Part shown: positions 59,008-64,000 of the stretch, piece after piece
Position numbering within the stretch: the stretch's first letter is position 1
How the letters are laid out: the number at the start of each line of letters is the position of its first letter
NCBI GenBank assembly: GCA_021741155.1
Contig: JAIOYP010000002.1
Span: 113,557-177,556 of the forward strand
From: Flavobacteriales bacterium
Lineage (GTDB): Bacteria > Bacteroidota > Bacteroidia > UBA10329
Direction of reading: 5' to 3'
DNA length: 64,000 nt
Notes under the pieces: model-generated
The model's database searches: none
What the model saw: only the letters and a program-made list of their open reading frames with translations
Told to the model about the DNA's origin: nothing
Position numbers and translations under genes: made by a program

Positions 59008-59505
59008 GAGATTATGGATTTTAGAAATACGATTGACGATTTTAGAATAGGGAAATGGAATTAGAGATTAGGCGGTTTTAACTTTTGGAGTTTCCAGAAG
59101 GATTGAGACGTTTTCGTACGGTATTGATGGAGGCCACGATAATTGACAGCAATTCATTTGCTTCCTTTTGAAGCCTAATATTTGTCTCATTTTCCACTTC
59201 GGTCAATTCATTAATGAGTTCGAGAAAAAACATGCTTTCATCACATTCCTCTTCGACAATCTTCAATTTATTGAGGAAGTCCCTATCTGATTTTGCTCTA
59301 CAAGCCGCTCGGTAATTGGCACCGACCGAACTCGAACATCTTACCAATTGCCGATGATAAGCCAAAAAGGTGGCGTCCTTTGGCAATTTGTATAAGTATT
59401 TAGCAGTGTCAATTGAAAACTGCTTCGTCCTCTGCTTCAGGTCTCTTGCTTCCATGGTGCGTCAATCTAAAATCAAACTTCTAAAATCGTCAATCAGTAT
59501 TCTTC
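59007..59505 (-). mobile_element. Putative heptad-repeat-flanked four-helix-bundle insertion element
   Basis: 7-nt arrays at 59007-59069 and 59464-59505; perfect inverted repeat gattgacgattttagaa (59031-59047) / ttctaaaatcgtcaatc (59479-59495); interrupts hisA-hisF. Confidence 0.7.
59078..59455 (-). CDS. Four-helix-bundle protein (23S rRNA IVS protein / TIGR02436-like)
   Basis: LKQRTKQF, QLVRCSSSVGANYRAACRAKS, FLNKLKIVEEECDES and EANELLSII motifs. Confidence 0.92.
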   Translation of the reverse strand: MEARDLKQRTKQFSIDTAKYLYKLPKDATFLAYHRQLVRCSSSVGANYRAACRAKSDRDFLNKLKIVEEECDESMFFLELINELTEVENETNIRLQKEANELLSIIVASINTVRKRLNPSGNSKS

Positions 59506-60184
59506 CTTCATAAAATGCTTTTCCTACAATAGCAGCTTCACAATTAATCTCCTTTAATTCTCTTAAATCTTGGAGAGAAGAAACGCCTCCACTGGCAATC
59601 AATTTCAGTTGAGGTGTTCTTGTAAGAATACGAGTATACAAATCGATGGATGGGCCTTGCAACATGCCGTCTTTGGCAATATCGGTACAAACCACATATT
59701 CAATGCCTTCTTGCTGATAATTTGAGATGAAATCAATGGCATCCAAACCAGAATCATCAAGCCAACCATGCGTGGCAATTCTGCCATTTTTGGCATCCGC
59801 ACCGAGAATAATCTTCTCTGATCCGAACTCGGAAATCCATTGCAATACAGTTTCACGGTCATTTACGGCAATGCTGCCTGCCGTAATTTGAATCGCGCCA
59901 GCTTCGAAAACTGTTTTTACGTCTTCTGTGGTTCGCAAACCTCCACCAAAATCTACTTTCAAGTTGGTGTTTGAAGTGATGCCTTCCAGCACTTTCCAAT
60001 TCACCACTTTCTTGGCTTTTGCGCCATCCAGATCAACCAAATGCAAGTGCTTCAAACCCGCAGCTTCAAACTGCTTTGCGACTTCTAGCGGGTTCTCGTT
60101 GTAAACGGTTTTCTGTGCGTAATCGCCCTGCGAAAGGCGCACGCATTTTCCATCAATAATATCAATGGCAGGAATGATTCTCAT
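59462..60184 (-). CDS. hisA: ProFAR isomerase
   Basis: IIPAIDI, HLVDLDGA, GGGLR, TDIAKDGMLQG, ASGG and GKAFYEG motifs. Confidence 0.98.
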   Translation of the reverse strand: MRIIPAIDIIDGKCVRLSQGDYAQKTVYNENPLEVAKQFEAAGLKHLHLVDLDGAKAKKVVNWKVLEGITSNTNLKVDFGGGLRTTEDVKTVFEAGAIQITAGSIAVNDRETVLQWISEFGSEKIILGADAKNGRIATHGWLDDSGLDAIDFISNYQQEGIEYVVCTDIAKDGMLQGPSIDLYTRILTRTPQLKLIASGGVSSLQDLRELKEINCEAAIVGKAFYEGRILIDDFRSLILD

Positions 60185-60762
60185 AGCTCCAAAAAGTTTT
60201 TGATGAGTTGCTGCCCAACCTCGGCTGACTTCTCAGGATGAAACTGAACCGCATGGAAATTATCTTTCTGTAAGGCTGCTGAGAAAGGTAGAATGTATTC
60301 GCATTGAGCGGTGGTTTGTGTTCCCAATTCTGCATGATAACTGTGCACGAAATAGAAGTCATCAGCAGTTGAAATCCCATTAAAAAGAGAGCTTTTCAAC
60401 TCCGAACAATTGTTCCAGCCCATGTGCGGTACTTTCTCTTTTGTTGACTGAAAACGTTTTACGTTCTCATTAAAAATTCCGAGGCAATCGGTATTTCCTT
60501 CTTCCGAATGCTTACACATCAATTGCAGTCCGAGGCAAATTCCTAAAAAAGGTTGATTTAGGCTCTTGAGTACTTCATCTAATCCTCTTTCGCGCAAGTA
60601 GCGCATGGCTGAACTTGCTTCACCAACACCTGGAAAAATGACTTTTTCTGCTTCGCGAAGCAGCTTTGGGTCATCTGTCACGAGCGCTTCTACACCAAGT
60701 CGATGAAGCGCGTTAGTTACCGAACGAATGTTTCCAGCATTGTATTTGACAATAGCAATCAT
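60181..60762 (-). CDS. hisH: Imidazole glycerol phosphate synthase glutaminase subunit
   Basis: PGVG, GICLG, PHMGWN, YFVHSY and QFHPEKS motifs; start MIAIVKY at 60762. Confidence 0.98.
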   Translation of the reverse strand: MIAIVKYNAGNIRSVTNALHRLGVEALVTDDPKLLREAEKVIFPGVGEASSAMRYLRERGLDEVLKSLNQPFLGICLGLQLMCKHSEEGNTDCLGIFNENVKRFQSTKEKVPHMGWNNCSELKSSLFNGISTADDFYFVHSYHAELGTQTTAQCEYILPFSAALQKDNFHAVQFHPEKSAEVGQQLIKNFLEL

Positions 60763-61844
60763 AGTACGCCTTTTGTTGATGGCATCGCTCCATCTTCTGT
60801 TTTCGAAACTGCCATGCGGATTGCTCTCGCCCATGCTTTGAAAATAGCTTCAATCTTATGGTGTTCGTTCTGTCCTTCGGCTTTGATATTGAGGTTGCAA
60901 CGTGCCTTGTCTGAGAACGATTTGAAGAAATGCGAGAACATTTCGGTCGGCATTTCTCCGATTTTCTCACGCTTGAAATCTGCTTCCCAAACTGACCACG
61001 GTCGGCCACCAAAATCGATGGCTACTTGTGCCAAGCAATCATCCATCGGAAGCAAAAAACCATAGCGTTGAATGCCTTTTCGAGAACCCAAAGCTTGGTC
61101 GAAAGCTTCGCCCAAAGCCAACGCCACATCTTCTATTGTGTGATGCTCATCAATATGCAAATCGCCCGAGACTGTCACCGATAAATCCATGTTTCCGTGC
61201 TTGGCCAATTGCTCCAACATGTGGTCGAAGAAACCGAGGCCTGTCTCCATTTTCGACTTTCCAGAACCATCTAAATTGAGTTCAATTTGAATATCTGTCT
61301 CCGAAGTTTTCCGATGAATTGAGCCCAGACGTGGCTGCTCTTTCAAGAAACGGTAAATCTCGTTCCAAGAAGTGGTTGTAAGCGCACAATCAGAAGATGA
61401 ATCCGAAATGAAAATGGCTTTTGACCCAAGGTTTTCTGCCAACTCAATGTCGGTTTTTCGATCCCCGATGACGAATGAGTTTTTGAGGTCGTAATTCCCT
61501 TTGATGTAATGTGTCAGCAATCCCGTTCGTGGTTTGCGTGTTGGTGCATTATCGGCAGGAAAACTGCGGTCGATGAGTACTTCCGAAAAGCGAATTCCTT
61601 CGCCCTCCAAGGTTTGCATCATCAAATTATGAGCAGGCCAGAATGTATCTTCTGGAAACGAATCTGTTCCCAATCCATCCTGATTAGTGACCATCACCAA
61701 TTCGTAATCCAACTCTGTGGCAATTTTAGCCAAATTGGAAATCGCACCAGGATAGAATTCCAATTTCTCGAAGCTATCTATCTGCTCGTCAGCTGGTTCT
61801 TTGATGATTGTTCCGTCTCTATCTATGAATAATACCTTCTTCAT
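60759..61844 (-). CDS. hisB: Bifunctional histidinol-phosphatase / IGP dehydratase
   Basis: HAD motif [34 protein letters not shown] and PSTKG. Confidence 0.97.
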   Translation of the reverse strand: MKKVLFIDRDGTIIKEPADEQIDSFEKLEFYPGAISNLAKIATELDYELVMVTNQDGLGTDSFPEDTFWPAHNLMMQTLEGEGIRFSEVLIDRSFPADNAPTRKPRTGLLTHYIKGNYDLKNSFVIGDRKTDIELAENLGSKAIFISDSSSDCALTTTSWNEIYRFLKEQPRLGSIHRKTSETDIQIELNLDGSGKSKMETGLGFFDHMLEQLAKHGNMDLSVTVSGDLHIDEHHTIEDVALALGEAFDQALGSRKGIQRYGFLLPMDDCLAQVAIDFGGRPWSVWEADFKREKIGEMPTEMFSHFFKSFSDKARCNLNIKAEGQNEHHKIEAIFKAWARAIRMAVSKTEDGAMPSTKGVL

Positions 61845-62875
61845 GATTCTAATTTTTTCAATTCAGCGAGAAGCTGCGTGTTTTCTTCTGATGTACCGAT
61901 GGTAATACGCAAACATCCATACGCCACTTTCGAGCGGTCGCGCACAACGATTCCTTGTTCGGTCAATGCTTTGTAAACCGCCTTAGCTTTCACGAATTTG
62001 ACCAACAGAAAATTGGCATCTGAAGGGTGAATTTTTTCTACTCTTTTTAACTTGGATAGCTCGGTTTTCAATCGCGTTCTTTCAGAAAGAATGGCATCCA
62101 CTTCTTTTTTAAAAGCCGCTTCATCAGCTAATTCTTTCAGCGCAACTTCTTGCGTGAGTTGATTGACATTGTAAGGAGGTTTGATGCGATTGAGCACATC
62201 TATAACTTCGCTGTTTGCGAACGCCATCCCGAGTCGGATTCCCGCCAATCCCCAAGCTTTGCTAAGTGTTTGTAATACGACAAGATTGTTGAATTTGCCA
62301 AGTTCAGATGTGAGGCTTTCTGTCTCCGAAAAATCAATGTAAGCTTCGTCAACCACAACCAGACCATTAAACTCTGAAACCAACGTGAGAATTTCCTGGC
62401 GATTCATGCTGTTTCCAGTTGGATTGTTAGGCGAGCAAATGAAAATGAGTTTCATATAGTCGTCAGAAAAGAGGCTACGAAGATGTTCCAATGGAAGGTG
62501 CCAATCAAGAGTTAAAGGAAGCTCGACCATTTCCACGTCATTAATATCGGCACTTACCTGATACATGCCATACGTGGGTGAACAGATTACAGCTTTGTCC
62601 TTTCTTGGTTCGCAAAAACCACGAAACAAAAGGTCGATGGCCTCATCACTTCCATTACCAAGAAATATATTCTCGGTCGGGACGTTTTTCAGTTCAGAAA
62701 TACGCGCTTTCAGTTTTTTCTGCAGCGGGTCGGGATAACGGTTTAGCCCGTTGTTGTTGGGGTTTTCATTCGCATCCAACCAAACAGAAGCCGAGCCTTT
62801 GAACTCATCTCTGGCGCTGCTGTACGGCTTCAGATTCCGCACATTCTTTCTGACAAGCGATTGTATATCAACCAT
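61841..62875 (-). CDS. hisC: Histidinol-phosphate aminotransferase
   Basis: LDANEN, GNGSDE, PNNPTG, DEAY and [14 protein letters not shown] motifs. Confidence 0.98.
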   Translation of the reverse strand: MVDIQSLVRKNVRNLKPYSSARDEFKGSASVWLDANENPNNNGLNRYPDPLQKKLKARISELKNVPTENIFLGNGSDEAIDLLFRGFCEPRKDKAVICSPTYGMYQVSADINDVEMVELPLTLDWHLPLEHLRSLFSDDYMKLIFICSPNNPTGNSMNRQEILTLVSEFNGLVVVDEAYIDFSETESLTSELGKFNNLVVLQTLSKAWGLAGIRLGMAFANSEVIDVLNRIKPPYNVNQLTQEVALKELADEAAFKKEVDAILSERTRLKTELSKLKRVEKIHPSDANFLLVKFVKAKAVYKALTEQGIVVRDRSKVAYGCLRITIGTSEENTQLLAELKKLES

Positions 62876-64000
62876 TTTGCAACTTCTTTAATCGAACTGT
62901 GACTGCATTTCTGTGTGCATCCAATTGCTCTGCCGAAGCCATTGTTTCTATGCTGGGGCCAATGTTCTGAATGCCTTCTGCACTCAACTTTTGGAAGGTC
63001 ACTTTCTTCACAAAACTATCTAACGAAACACCGCTGTAGCTTCTGGCATAGCCGTTTGTTGGTAAGGTGTGATTGGTTCCGCTGGCGTAATCTCCAGCGC
63101 TTTCGCAACTGTAATTTCCGATGAAAACGCTTCCTGCATTCACCACTTTCTCGGCCAATTCATCAGCATTTTTTACAGCAAGAATCAAGTGTTCTGGAGC
63201 GTAATGGTTGGAGAAGCTCATCGCTTCGTCCGAAGTGTTCACCAGCAGAGCGGAACTGTTTTTCAAAGCTAGTTCAGCAATCTCTTTTCGAGGAAGTTGC
63301 TCCAATTGCTCTTCTACTTCCAGAAGGATATTTGACAACACATTTTCACTACCAACAACTACAAGCACAACCTGACTATCTGGGCCGTGCTCGGCCTGAC
63401 TTAGCAAATCGGCCGCTACAAAAGCAGGTTCGCAACTTTCATCAGCAATCACCAAAACTTCACTTGGACCCGCTGGCATATCAATGGCTAAACCGTTCTG
63501 CTGAATCAGTTGCTTCGCCATGGTCACGTATTGATTTCCTGGACCAAAGATCTTGTCAACCTTCGGAATAGAATCCGTTCCGAAGGTCATGGCTGCAATA
63601 GCCTGAGCACCGCCAACCGTGTAAATCTGCTTCAAACCAAGTTTCTGCGCAACATATAAAATGGCGCTATCAACTGAACCAGTTTTACTTGGAGGTGTAC
63701 AAACCACAATCTCTTTACAGCCCGCAATGGTTGCTGGAATTCCTAACATCAATAGCGTAGAAAATAGAGGGGCGCTCCCTCCAGGAATATAAAGCCCGAC
63801 CTTTTCAATGGCGATGCTTTTACGCCAGCAAAAAACGCCTTGAGTTGTTTCGACTTTTTCGGGAGTTGATTGCTGCGCAGCGTGGAACGCGTGAATGTTC
63901 TTCCAAGCTACATCAATTGCCGATTTCAGTTCTAGGTCTATCTCCACCGAATTTGGAACAGTAAGAATCAACGACTTCAACTCAACTTTGTCAAACTTGG
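62868..64000 (-). CDS. hisD: Histidinol dehydrogenase (5' end outside the window)
   Basis: GLYIPGG, GGAQA, GPGNQYV, DMPAGPSE, QAEH, PEHL and GTNHTLPT motifs. Confidence 0.98.
   Translation of the reverse strand, partial: KFDKVELKSLILTVPNSVEIDLELKSAIDVAWKNIHAFHAAQQSTPEKVETTQGVFCWRKSIAIEKVGLYIPGGSAPLFSTLLMLGIPATIAGCKEIVVCTPPSKTGSVDSAILYVAQKLGLKQIYTVGGAQAIAAMTFGTDSIPKVDKIFGPGNQYVTMAKQLIQQNGLAIDMPAGPSEVLVIADESCEPAFVAADLLSQAEHGPDSQVVLVVVGSENVLSNILLEVEEQLEQLPRKEIAELALKNSSALLVNTSDEAMSFSNHYAPEHLILAVKNADELAEKVVNAGSVFIGNYSCESAGDYASGTNHTLPTNGYARSYSGVSLDSFVKKVTFQKLSAEGIQNIGPSIETMASAEQLDAHRNAVTVRLKKLQNG

Noticed and set aside
59078-59455. Diversity-generating retroelement (Avd) or an rRNA gene with an IVS
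   Set aside because: No reverse transcriptase, TR/VR pair or rRNA sequence in the window; the flanks are his genes.

Overview
A 64 kb chromosomal segment from a Bacteroidota genome, most likely Flavobacteriales. The assignment rests on TAnnTTTG-type -7 promoter boxes, AT-rich starts without Shine-Dalgarno sequences, a T9SS cargo protein, and the glmS-DUF4270-glgA//panCD-radA synteny. Both ends are housekeeping. The left end carries recJ (partial), frr, pyrH, tsf, rpsB, rpsI, rplM, kbl, sodA, glmS, panCD and radA. The right end carries rlmN, ispD, queA, truB, uppP, ftsX and the his operon. The middle (about 15-48 kb) is accessory. No rRNA, tRNA, CRISPR array, integrase or transposase was seen. 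Highlights: (1) a Cys-rich leader ORF / TonB receptor / HMA chaperone operon in which a stem-loop right after the leader stop codon buries the receptor start, a candidate metal-sensing translational attenuator; (2) a four-helix-bundle (IVS/Avd-like) gene inserted between hisA and hisF, bracketed by complementary 7-nt-periodic arrays with a perfect 17-bp inverted repeat, plus gene-less heptad arrays elsewhere; (3) an ECF sigma/zinc anti-sigma pair with two near-identical target promoters driving a Met-rich membrane protein and YceI-thioredoxin; (4) a methyltransferase islet bounded by a decayed duplicate of the 3' end of an OmpA-domain gene; (5) a REP-flanked toxin-antitoxin pair and several unrelated palindromic element families; (6) eukaryote-like lipid enzymes (ceramidase, paraoxonase-like, INSIG-like, START). 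Family names come from motif recognition only; no database search was run.
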